From NCBI GenBank assembly GCA_963713925.1, contig OY970212.1, positions 832,001 through 896,000 of the forward strand: a stretch of 64,000 nucleotides of DNA, written 5' to 3'. Positions within the stretch are counted from its first letter, which is position 1. The number at the start of each line of letters is the position of its first letter. This DNA is from an uncultured bacterium (lineage in GTDB: Bacteria > Babelota > Babeliae > Babelales > Vermiphilaceae). Made by a program: the position numbers and the translations under genes. The notes beneath the pieces were generated by a model that saw only the letters and a program-made list of their open reading frames with translations, did not search any database and was not told where the DNA came from. This document shows positions 9,496-18,124 of the stretch, piece by piece.

Positions 9496-10944
9496 CTAAA
9501 GCGATGCCGATTGCACAGAACTTGATTGAACCTCGATATGATCACCTGAATCCGGCCGAGTCAGTGCTTCAACAACCTTATCAAGCTGCATCGCGCGCGA
9601 TCCTTTAAAGAGAATCAGTTTTTCCATATGCGCAAATCGATTATTAATACATTGTAAAGCTGATTGCCAATCCGGGACTACATGAGCAGTCACATGAACC
9701 GGCAAAGCTTCCTGTATCCATTCTACCAGGTTTCCTACTAAAATCACCTCTGTGATGGAAGGAGTCTTTCTGAAAAAACGGCCGATCTGCCGGTGCCAAA
9801 ATGGCCCTGAAGCTCCCAACTCAAGCATGTCAGCAATGACCGCTATCTTACGGTGCGCTGTTTTGATCGATTCAAACGCAGTCAATGCTGATTTAACGCT
9901 CTCTGGGTTTGCATTGTACGCATCGTTAATAATAATATCAGCGCCATTGCGCGCGGACACGCGTTCAAACCGACCTTTAACTGATATCGGCTTTTGCACT
10001 CCCCGCGCTATCACAATGGCAGGAATGCCAAGTAAATGGGCTGCCGATGCGGCGGCTAATATATTGTAGACAAGCCCCTCATGACATTTAGAAAGATGTA
10101 TTGGATATTTTTCATGATAGATGCTCAGCACAAAATCAAGACCATCTCCATTTTTTATGATCCTGCGAGCCTGCACTTGGTTGGTCATTTTCAAGCCGAA
10201 TTTCATGACCGGATGACGATATGAGACTGATTGCAGGAGCGATGTATCTCCGTTAATAACTCCAATGCTGGATGCGGCATAATATTTAAAAATATCTCGC
10301 TTTTCTGCCGCAACACTTTGAATTGATCCAAGCCCTTCCATGTGCGCATGGCCAATTGCAGTGATAATCCCAATCGAGGGTTTAACCAATTCTGCCAATT
10401 GCTCCATTTCTCCGCGCTTGCTAATCCCCATTTCAATAACGGCGCATTCATGAGCCTGCGTAATGGCAAGTATATTTAAAGCAACTCCCAAGCGTGTGTT
10501 CTGATTTGCAAAAGAGCCATACACCTGTTTGCCCGCATCTTTCAAAACTGAAACGAGCAGTTCCTTTGTTGTTGTTTTACCCACTGATCCGGTAATACCA
10601 ACCACGGGAATTGACAATTGAGCTCTCCACGCACGCGCTATGGTAAAGAGCGCTTGCAGCGTATCAGGAACTTCTATAATACAGTGAGAAGGTTCTATAA
10701 CATCTTTATGTTCCACGAGCGCACTCTTTTGTGCTCGATTGAAGAAAAAACCGGCAGCTCCCTTTGCAAGTGCATCTGCGATAAAGCGATGTCCATTGTG
10801 CGTATTTCCTATCAGCGGCACAAATATATCACCTTGTTTAATTGTGCGTGAATCAATGCAAAATGAGAGTGGCCTTAAAAAACCGGACTGAATGATAGTA
10901 CAATCAATAAGAGCTGCTTTTAAAAAATTCTGGTCAAGAAGCAT
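9496..10944 (-). CDS. murF: UDP-MurNAc-tripeptide D-Ala-D-Ala ligase
   Basis: IDSR, GITGSVGKTTTKE, NDAYNANPES, DMLELG, KGSR. Confidence 0.93.
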   Translation of the reverse strand: MLLDQNFLKAALIDCTIIQSGFLRPLSFCIDSRTIKQGDIFVPLIGNTHNGHRFIADALAKGAAGFFFNRAQKSALVEHKDVIEPSHCIIEVPDTLQALFTIARAWRAQLSIPVVGITGSVGKTTTKELLVSVLKDAGKQVYGSFANQNTRLGVALNILAITQAHECAVIEMGISKRGEMEQLAELVKPSIGIITAIGHAHMEGLGSIQSVAAEKRDIFKYYAASSIGVINGDTSLLQSVSYRHPVMKFGLKMTNQVQARRIIKNGDGLDFVLSIYHEKYPIHLSKCHEGLVYNILAAASAAHLLGIPAIVIARGVQKPISVKGRFERVSARNGADIIINDAYNANPESVKSALTAFESIKTAHRKIAVIADMLELGASGPFWHRQIGRFFRKTPSITEVILVGNLVEWIQEALPVHVTAHVVPDWQSALQCINNRFAHMEKLILFKGSRAMQLDKVVEALTRPDSGDHIEVQSSSVQSASL

Positions 10945-11154
10945 GCTAATTCTCCGTTTTCATTGCTGAAAAAATGCTTACTTTTATTTCACATAATTTA
11001 ATACATTACATAATATGTTGCAGAAAAAATGTCTTGTTTTTTTTTATTTGTCAAGCAATCTCATTGCATAAAAACTTTCGTGTTGACAGAAGACATCGTT
11101 ACTTTGTATGATTTTTTTAAAAAAAAGAGATGAAAAATTTCAGGAAACCAATCT

Positions 11155-11700
11155 ATGAAAACTATTTTGTTTTTGATCCTTGCAACATTTTGTTTTAATT
11201 CAAAGTGCGCAGATCAACCGAACGATAGCAGGATACTTACGCACCTCACCTTTGCTCACAGTTTTGATCATTTCAATAAAAAAATATCAGATGATCGCCA
11301 CATTATTGATAACGATGCATCAAATGTAAAAACGCATGCTGTTATCGCTCAGATGAAAGCTCTTGATTTGACAAAAGACCCTCGCTCGCTTGCATTTACT
11401 ATTCTGATTGATTCAAGTGGTGAAAAATTAGAAATAAGAAAGTTTTTCGGCATTGAAACCTTTGAGACTGAGAGCCCTACCATAAATGGAGATTCCAAAC
11501 TTATTTTCTTGCAAAAGCATATCGGAAAAGCTCTTGCAAAAGGAAATTGCAGAATCAAAATTGTAGCAGATAATACGCAAGCTTTTACCTTATTCTCAAC
11601 GGCAGTGCTGAAAGCTATTTTCAATGATATAAATCCAGAAATTGTAGATCTTGCCATGAATATTACTAAGGATATTCGAGAACAACATACACCCAATTAA
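11155..11700 (+). CDS. Hypothetical secreted protein
   Basis: 181 aa, signal peptide, AGGA RBS. Confidence 0.7.
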   Translation: MKTILFLILATFCFNSKCADQPNDSRILTHLTFAHSFDHFNKKISDDRHIIDNDASNVKTHAVIAQMKALDLTKDPRSLAFTILIDSSGEKLEIRKFFGIETFETESPTINGDSKLIFLQKHIGKALAKGNCRIKIVADNTQAFTLFSTAVLKAIFNDINPEIVDLAMNITKDIREQHTPN

Positions 11701-13940
11701 TGCACAACCTTGCGCATCTTGCCGCCATTGCTTGGTAAAATTCGGCCTTGTTGTTCAAGCTGTTCCATAATGCGAGCAGATCTGTTGTAACCAATTCGGA
11801 ATCTACGCTGGAGCAATGAAATAGAAACTTCGTCAATGGTGGCCAAAAAGCTGGTAATTTCTCCCATCATATCATCGAGCGGTTCATCACTTTCCATTGC
11901 CGCCTGATCGAGAATACTTTCATCAATATACTGCGGTTGCCCTTGAGACCGAATGTGCGAAACAATAGTTTGAATTTCTTTGTCTGATACGTAGGCGCCA
12001 TGCGCGCGTCGTAACCCCGTCCCTGATGCATCTAAAAAGAGCATATCTCCTTTTCCCAATAATTTTTCTGCTCCGGTGACATCCAATATTGTTCGCGAAT
12101 CGACTTTTGAAGTGACGCGAAATGAAATACGGCTTGGGAAGTTAACTTTAATAAGGCCCGTGATAACATCTACCGACGGCCGCTGTGTTGCCACAATCAT
12201 ATGAATACCGGCGGCACGCGCCATCTGAGCAATGCGGGTGATTAAATCTTCAACATCTTTGCCCGCCGTCATCATTAAATCGGCAAGTTCATCAATAATA
12301 ACTACAATAAAAGGAAGCGTTTCTTTGCCATACTGCGCGTGAAAATCAAAAATATTGCGTGCGCCCTTTTTGGCCATCAAATCATATCGTTGTTCCATTT
12401 CATGAATAATGTAACGTAGTATTGGCGCAACTTTTTTAACATCAGTCACAATGGGAAACATGAGATGTCCAATGTCAGCATAGGGCGCAAATTCAAGACG
12501 CTTTGGATCAATGAGCACAAGCCGCATCTCTTGCGGGCTGCAACGACACAACAAGCTGATCAACATTCCGTTTAAAGCGACCGATTTTCCTGACCCGGTT
12601 GATCCAGCAACAAGCAAATGGGGCATCTTACCCAAATCAACTACAATTGGATGCGCTAATGTATCTTGTCCGATCACCAGCGGGAGTTGCAGATTTCCTC
12701 TGGTGAAACTATCAGATCGAATAATAGAACCAAATTGCACTGATTTTCGGGTGCTATTTGCAACTTCAAAACCAACAAAACTGGTGCCCGGAATGGGGGC
12801 AATGATCCGGATACTCAGCGCCTGCAGTGCGAGCGCTAGATCATCTTCGAGTGCAAGAATTTTACTTAATTTTGAATCGATTGACGGCTGGTATTCAAAG
12901 ACGGTAACGACTGGGCCTCGTTTTATCGCGCTCACTTTGCCTGAAACGCCAAATCGTTCAAGCTTTTGTTCAAGCAACCGCGCGCGCATTTCAAGTTCTT
13001 TGGTGATTGTTTTATCGTCAGCTTGATCTTTGTCCGCGACAAAGATATCAAGACTCGGCGCACAGTAGTCATCAGCAGCATGGGATGTTTGCACATTCTT
13101 TTCTTCTGATGGTATAGGCTGTTGAACGGCAGTTAATTTCCTTTTTTCAACATCTAAAACTGCCCCCTTGACATCAATAGCAATCGGCTGTTCTTGATTA
13201 TGAATCCTCATATCACCAAAATTACCATACTCGACTTCAAAGAGGTCTCGCTCTTTATTTTCAAAAAATCTTCCTTTCACCATCGATGACACAGAATGGC
13301 ATATCCATCGTGCGGCATAGAAAATCATCACACAGAGCCGAGCAATGGCACGATAGATTTTTTTCCATATCCTATGCGCAACGAGATATCGCACACATTC
13401 AACGCATTTCTGCACCAAGAAGAGCATTTCTCTGCGCGTAACAATGAGTGCACTCACTGCAAATCCGGTCATAATGAATAGTTTCTCAAATTGTTCGCCA
13501 ATAAAAGCACGAATCATAAAAAGAACACTCTGACCCACGATCCCACCCGGATTTATTTGACTAAAAAGATCCGCTTGAAATGCAGCCGCACAACTGGCAG
13601 TAAAAATAACAAGAAAAATCGAGGCAATGGCGTGATCAAGATCATCAAAAAACCGCTGTTTATGATATTGTTTCCAGCCACAATCAAACAGCAATAAACA
13701 CAGTGGAACTGCTCCTGCCCCGAAGAAAAAGAGGAGAATCGGGCCCGCTTGAAATAAAATAGTTTCGATGATGCTATTGGCACGTATCGCGTCAGTTGCT
13801 TTATAAAAAAAGCTTTGATGATCAGCACGATAGACCAATAAGGAAAGTGTGCAGATCATGCCAAGCAAGAAAAATAAAACTGTTTTAACTACTGCCAAGC
13901 GCGAGCCGCGCTGATATCTAATATCACGTTTTGAAAGCAT
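11697..13940 (-). CDS. ftsK: DNA translocase FtsK
   Basis: N-terminal TM segments, PHLLVAGSTGSGKS, IIDELADLM, ATQRPSVDV, gamma domain SLLQRRFRIGYNRSAR; start 13940 or 13976. Confidence 0.95.
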   Translation of the reverse strand: MLSKRDIRYQRGSRLAVVKTVLFFLLGMICTLSLLVYRADHQSFFYKATDAIRANSIIETILFQAGPILLFFFGAGAVPLCLLLFDCGWKQYHKQRFFDDLDHAIASIFLVIFTASCAAAFQADLFSQINPGGIVGQSVLFMIRAFIGEQFEKLFIMTGFAVSALIVTRREMLFLVQKCVECVRYLVAHRIWKKIYRAIARLCVMIFYAARWICHSVSSMVKGRFFENKERDLFEVEYGNFGDMRIHNQEQPIAIDVKGAVLDVEKRKLTAVQQPIPSEEKNVQTSHAADDYCAPSLDIFVADKDQADDKTITKELEMRARLLEQKLERFGVSGKVSAIKRGPVVTVFEYQPSIDSKLSKILALEDDLALALQALSIRIIAPIPGTSFVGFEVANSTRKSVQFGSIIRSDSFTRGNLQLPLVIGQDTLAHPIVVDLGKMPHLLVAGSTGSGKSVALNGMLISLLCRCSPQEMRLVLIDPKRLEFAPYADIGHLMFPIVTDVKKVAPILRYIIHEMEQRYDLMAKKGARNIFDFHAQYGKETLPFIVVIIDELADLMMTAGKDVEDLITRIAQMARAAGIHMIVATQRPSVDVITGLIKVNFPSRISFRVTSKVDSRTILDVTGAEKLLGKGDMLFLDASGTGLRRAHGAYVSDKEIQTIVSHIRSQGQPQYIDESILDQAAMESDEPLDDMMGEITSFLATIDEVSISLLQRRFRIGYNRSARIMEQLEQQGRILPSNGGKMRKVVH

Positions 13941-14067
13941 AAAATTACCCCAAACTACATTTATACTTCGCACCATAATCTACGAAGTTAATTCCGTTCG
14001 GGGGCCCCGGAAAATGGCGGACAAGCCGCCGAACTCAAAAAAATTATGACCGGTTCCCGAACCTTCT

Positions 14068-14853
14068 TTATTTCAGTAGTAGCAAAAAGGAGATACATAT
14101 TGGAATAATCATATAGAAAGCAAATCGTTTCCATTGTTTTTGATACGCCCATTGCTCGCTCAAGCAAAACAATTGATATGAAATGATTGTTGCAAACAAA
14201 CAAACAGATGCCACTGAGGGGTCTAGCAAGGGTTCAATGATAGATACTCCATTCTTTTTATAAAGAATGTGCGCCAACGATCCAATAATGAGCGGGACTT
14301 GAATTGAAAAGCATGTTTCAAATGCTGTGCGATGAGTAGCGCCCAACAAGCGTGCAGTAGCATACGTGGTTGCGAATCGAGAAATGCCGGGCACGAGCGC
14401 AATCGCTTGCGTTAACCCTAACAAAATATAGTAAATCAGCGAGAGCTGTTGCTTTTTTCCTTGCGGAATATAATCAGCTGAAAAAAGAATAATCGCAGTG
14501 AGAACAAATCCATAGGGCAAAAATTGATCAAAATTATATCGCGCAAAAAAAGAAAAATAGAATGCTGCCGTAACAAAACTGGCAAGCCCGTTTTTTATCA
14601 ACAGGCGTAGAATCAATCGATGAGTTCGAATCGGATGCATTAGAAATGTTTTTAATCGATTTCGAAAAAAAAATGCTAGAATGCACAGCTCAAACACATG
14701 CAGCGCGTGGCTCATATCATGTAAAAATCCTCTTTCTGAGGAACGCGCGCGTGAATGATCAAACAGTTTCTCAAACAACAACTGATGCCCGGAACTACTG
14801 AGCGGCAGGGATTCAATACATATTTGAATAATGATCCAAAAAAGATATAACAT
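14068..14853 (-). CDS. uppP: Undecaprenyl-diphosphate phosphatase
   Basis: ESLPLSSSGH and LVPGISR motifs; the ORF-track N-terminal extension comes from an upstream repeat. Confidence 0.88.
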   Translation of the reverse strand: MLYLFWIIIQICIESLPLSSSGHQLLFEKLFDHSRARSSERGFLHDMSHALHVFELCILAFFFRNRLKTFLMHPIRTHRLILRLLIKNGLASFVTAAFYFSFFARYNFDQFLPYGFVLTAIILFSADYIPQGKKQQLSLIYYILLGLTQAIALVPGISRFATTYATARLLGATHRTAFETCFSIQVPLIIGSLAHILYKKNGVSIIEPLLDPSVASVCLFATIISYQLFCLSEQWAYQKQWKRFAFYMIIPICISFLLLLK

Positions 14854-14877
14854 ATGGCTCCGTTGATTTTTTGCAAA

Positions 14878-15100
14878 CGTTCGAATGGTTCGGCTTCGTT
14901 TCACTCCGCTCACCACGAACGTGGATTTTGCTATGAGCCGATCCTTTTAAATTTTTCCGTTTTACCCAATGCTCACGCATGAGACCTGGTCGTTTCACCC
15001 ATGCTAGCGCACGGGGCCCTGAGTTCGTGGTGAGCGAAGCATCATGAAGTCAAACCATGCGAACGGGCCACGCGCACAGGCGTGTATAAAACAGCTAAGC
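14878..15100. repeat. Inverted pair of CGTTCGTGGTGAGCG...GTCGAACCATACGAACG-type elements plus TTACCC..GGGGCCC hairpins
   Basis: 14878-14921 and 15023-15065 are inverted copies; the same family occurs at 39522-39642 and 48882-49060. Confidence 0.85.
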
Positions 15101-15351
15101 GAGAGATTTGGTTGCATGTTGATATGACACAAGTTCTGTGATATCAAAACTTAACGGAATCTAGCATACTGAAAAAGCTTCATTTTTTTAATCAAACCTT
15201 TTCTTTCTAAAGTCGCAACCATTTTAGCCCCAATCTACGCTTTCGCTACGATCGGGGGCCCCGATCGTTAAAAAAAGTGCCAATTTAAAGTTTTTTAGGT
15301 TGCCTGTCCCAGGCGTATTTTTGAAAATCGAAAAAAGTTTAAATATATATA

Positions 15352-15379
15352 TTGACTTCATTCGATCAATGTGTAAGAT
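15352..15379 (+). promoter_or_regulatory. Putative sigma70 promoter for the first paralog
   Basis: TTGACT-16 nt-TAAGAT. Confidence 0.5.
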
Positions 15380-15431
15380 TCATTTTTGAACATTAAATGA
15401 GTAGCCAAGCAATGATCAAGGGAGTACCGCT

Positions 15432-15533
15432 ATGAAGCACATTTCATTCTACACGCCCACACACATAGTACATTCTCACTCACACTCTATTTCCCCATCC
15501 ATTGCACCTCGTTTGCATACTCTTTCTCATTAA
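15432..15533 (+). CDS. Small His/Ser-rich leader ORF (33 aa)
   Basis: AAGGGAG RBS, then MKHISFYTPTHIVHSHSHSISPSIAPRLHTLSH*. Confidence 0.4.
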   Translation: MKHISFYTPTHIVHSHSHSISPSIAPRLHTLSH

Positions 15534-15678
15534 ATAACTCGCGATATCTTGTTAGTCATTTAAAAAATTATATAACGATATGAAAGGAGAAAGCTGACCC
15601 CATATATACTATTCAAATAAATTCCAAATTAATGGAGGATGTAAGTGAATGAAAAAATCTTTAAGGAGTTGTTTTATT

Positions 15679-17673
15679 ATGAAACAAATACTCAGAAAAT
15701 TGAGCCTCGTTGCTCTTTTGAGCGTTTGTACATTCGTCGGAGTGACATCCGCTCGAGTAGTACAACGTTCTCAAACCGTTGATGGTGCGCGTAACTTAGC
15801 TGGCTGGACCAATCATATCAACTTGTTTGATATGGGCGGATTCTACGGCAGCTTTGCTATAACCCCCGAATATACTCATTCGTTCCGTGGTGAACGCCTT
15901 GCTGAAAATGTATTCCCGACAAACGGAGCATTAGGCTTCTGCGGACTCACCAGCCCTGCAGTTTGCAACACAGTAAACACCGGAGTCAATAATGGCTGCA
16001 ACACAGACTGTAATAAAAGATGCGGCGAATTTTTGGTACAAGGTAAAAACGTTGTAAATCGTGCGCCAAATGCTCTTCTTGGTGACTACGCTGGGCTTCC
16101 AAGCGATTACAGCTCAGTTGTAACAGTGTGTCCAAAAATCCAAAACTTCTTGGTTGACTTCAACTTGTTCCTCGGACTCGATGAGTGGCTTTGCGGAGCT
16201 TGGTTCCGTATTCATGCACCAGTTGTGTATGCAAAATGGAATCTCGACTACAATGAAACCAAAGTTTCAGGATCAGGCGTAGCTGGCTATCCAGCTGGTT
16301 ATTTTGCACCTGCTGCAGTCCCAGTTGCTCAATTGAACCCAACCTTTGGTGCATACCTTGCAGGCGGAGTTCCAACATTGAACAACGGTGTTGTTTTTGA
16401 ACCACTATCAAACAGCAAATTGTGCGGATTTAACTCATCTGCAACATCATCATGCAAAAATGACTGCTCATCAAACAGCCGTCACAGAACCTTGCTTTCA
16501 GACATTGAGTTCGCTTTTGGCTGGAACTTCTGGCAAGATGAAGACTACCATCTTGGTCTTGGTTTAGTTGTTCGTGCTCCTACAGGAAACCGTATCAATG
16601 ATACATTCTTGTTTGAACCGATCATTGGTAACGGACACCACTGGGAACTTGGTGGCTTGATCACATCCCACTACACTTTCTGGAGAAGCTGTGATTACGA
16701 TCAAAGCTTAGGTCTCTATGTTGATGCGTGGATTACCCACTTGTTCAAAACAACACAATGGCGTTCATTTGATTTGACTGCAAGCCGCGGACTCAACAAC
16801 CGCTATATGCTTGCTGAACAATTCACAACCGCTAACGTTACCGTAGGCGGAGCAGGAGCAGGAAATGTTGCCAGCGCGCAATTTGATGGTATCTACTCTC
16901 CGGTAGCCAATCTTACTTTCCAAGGTGTGAGAGTAAGTGTTCCAGTACAAGCAGATGTAGTTGCTATGTTCAACTACACCAACTGCGCATGGACATGGGA
17001 TCTTGGTTACAACTTCTGGGGCACAAGCTGTGAGAAGATTGAAACCTGCAGAAACAATATCTTGACTGGTCAAAATTGGGCACTCAAAGGTGATGCAAGC
17101 ACATACGGATTCAGCGGAACTTCACCTGTCCTATTCACTGCGCTCAGTGCAACTGAAACAGGAACATGCGCTGCTCCACTCGCAACCATCTGCTCAGGAA
17201 CCAATGGAGTTGCAATAACCAACCCTGGTGTTGACAATGCGGTTCCCGCATTTATACAACCGGCTGGAACTGTTGCATTACTCGCTGCAGCAGGCGGAGC
17301 CGCAATTGATACTTCGCTTAACCCGGTATTATTAACCGATGCTGATATCGATTATTGCAGCAACCGTGCTAAAGGTTTGACCCACAAAATATTCACTCAC
17401 TTCGCATATACATGGGAAGAGTGTGACTGCTATATCCCTTACCTAGGTATCGGTGGATTTGCTGAATTTGCACAAAAGAGCAACCGTTGCGACAACGATT
17501 GCAACACAAACTCTTGCAATACCAACTCCTGTAATACAAATTCATGCAATCTCAACACAAACTCTTGCAATACAGGATCATGTGGCACATCAACCAACAA
17601 TAACAACTCATGCCACAACGGTGCATTCTCTCAATGGGGTATTTGGCTTAAAGGCGGCGTGTCTTTTAACTAA
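15679..17673 (+). CDS. Cys-rich putative outer-membrane beta-barrel family protein, paralog 1
   Basis: AAGGAG RBS (alternative start 15649), signal peptide, conserved blocks RSQTVD.AR.L.GW, GNGHHWELG and ALKGDA, C-terminus WGIWLKGGVSFN. Confidence 0.8.
   Translation: MKQILRKLSLVALLSVCTFVGVTSARVVQRSQTVDGARNLAGWTNHINLFDMGGFYGSFAITPEYTHSFRGERLAENVFPTNGALGFCGLTSPAVCNTVNTGVNNGCNTDCNKRCGEFLVQGKNVVNRAPNALLGDYAGLPSDYSSVVTVCPKIQNFLVDFNLFLGLDEWLCGAWFRIHAPVVYAKWNLDYNETKVSGSGVAGYPAGYFAPAAVPVAQLNPTFGAYLAGGVPTLNNGVVFEPLSNSKLCGFNSSATSSCKNDCSSNSRHRTLLSDIEFAFGWNFWQDEDYHLGLGLVVRAPTGNRINDTFLFEPIIGNGHHWELGGLITSHYTFWRSCDYDQSLGLYVDAWITHLFKTTQWRSFDLTASRGLNNRYMLAEQFTTANVTVGGAGAGNVASAQFDGIYSPVANLTFQGVRVSVPVQADVVAMFNYTNCAWTWDLGYNFWGTSCEKIETCRNNILTGQNWALKGDASTYGFSGTSPVLFTALSATETGTCAAPLATICSGTNGVAITNPGVDNAVPAFIQPAGTVALLAAAGGAAIDTSLNPVLLTDADIDYCSNRAKGLTHKIFTHFAYTWEECDCYIPYLGIGGFAEFAQKSNRCDNDCNTNSCNTNSCNTNSCNLNTNSCNTGSCGTSTNNNNSCHNGAFSQWGIWLKGGVSFN
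17500..17583 (+). repeat. Coding CNTNS pentapeptide repeats
   Basis: CNTNS x3, CNLNTNS, CNTGS, C; 15-nt period with synonymous variation. Confidence 0.9.
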
Positions 17674-17744
17674 TCCCAAAGTCGTATAAAAGTCCAAGAC
17701 GTATTCACGTTTTGGGAACAAAAAAACGACAAAACTAGTACTTA

Positions 17745-17775
17745 AAGGCTCGGAGAAATCCGGGCCTTTATTTTT
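17745..17775 (+). terminator. Intrinsic terminator after paralog 1
   Basis: AAAGGCTCGGA-GAAA-TCCGGGCCTTT followed by ATTTTT. Confidence 0.75.
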
Positions 17776-17885
17776 ACCCCCGCCTACCTTCATAGAACCA
17801 TGGCCGCGTGCGGCGAAGCTTCAGCGAAGACGTACGCAACTGACAAGTTCCACCTCGTACTTCGTACTGCTGCGGCGAGGTAGTA
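17776..17885. repeat. Palindromic repeat composite
   Basis: Contains GGCCGCGTGCGGCGAAGCTTCAGCGAAGACGTACG, a variant of the module inside the MITEs at 41158 and 53937. Confidence 0.65.
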
Positions 17886-17985
17886 TCGTTACACTTGGAG
17901 CCATAAATGCGCCAAAATATCGCCTCTATTTCAGTTTCGGTTTGTCCTGCGGTGAAAATATTTTTCAAAATAATATCACACACAC

Positions 17986-18026
17986 TAGACAAATCATTTT
18001 TAGTTTTTATAGAATAACCATCAATA
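17986..18026 (+). promoter_or_regulatory. Putative promoter of paralog 2
   Basis: TAGACA-18 nt-TAGAAT...CCATCAATA, conserved with 20267-20307. Confidence 0.6.
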
Positions 18027-18124
18027 CGACTTACTATGATTATGTAACAGGGAGGAGAAAGTAAAACAGAACGTAAAAAAAGATAATGATGAAGTTTAAT
18101 AACACCCATAAAAGGAGTGAGTTT

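Noticed and set aside
8074..10944. murF-rsmH-spoVG-tRNA-Gln order without the rest of the dcw cluster
   Set aside because: Fragmented dcw clusters and spoVG next to tRNA-Gln are common in reduced genomes; not evidence of a new system.
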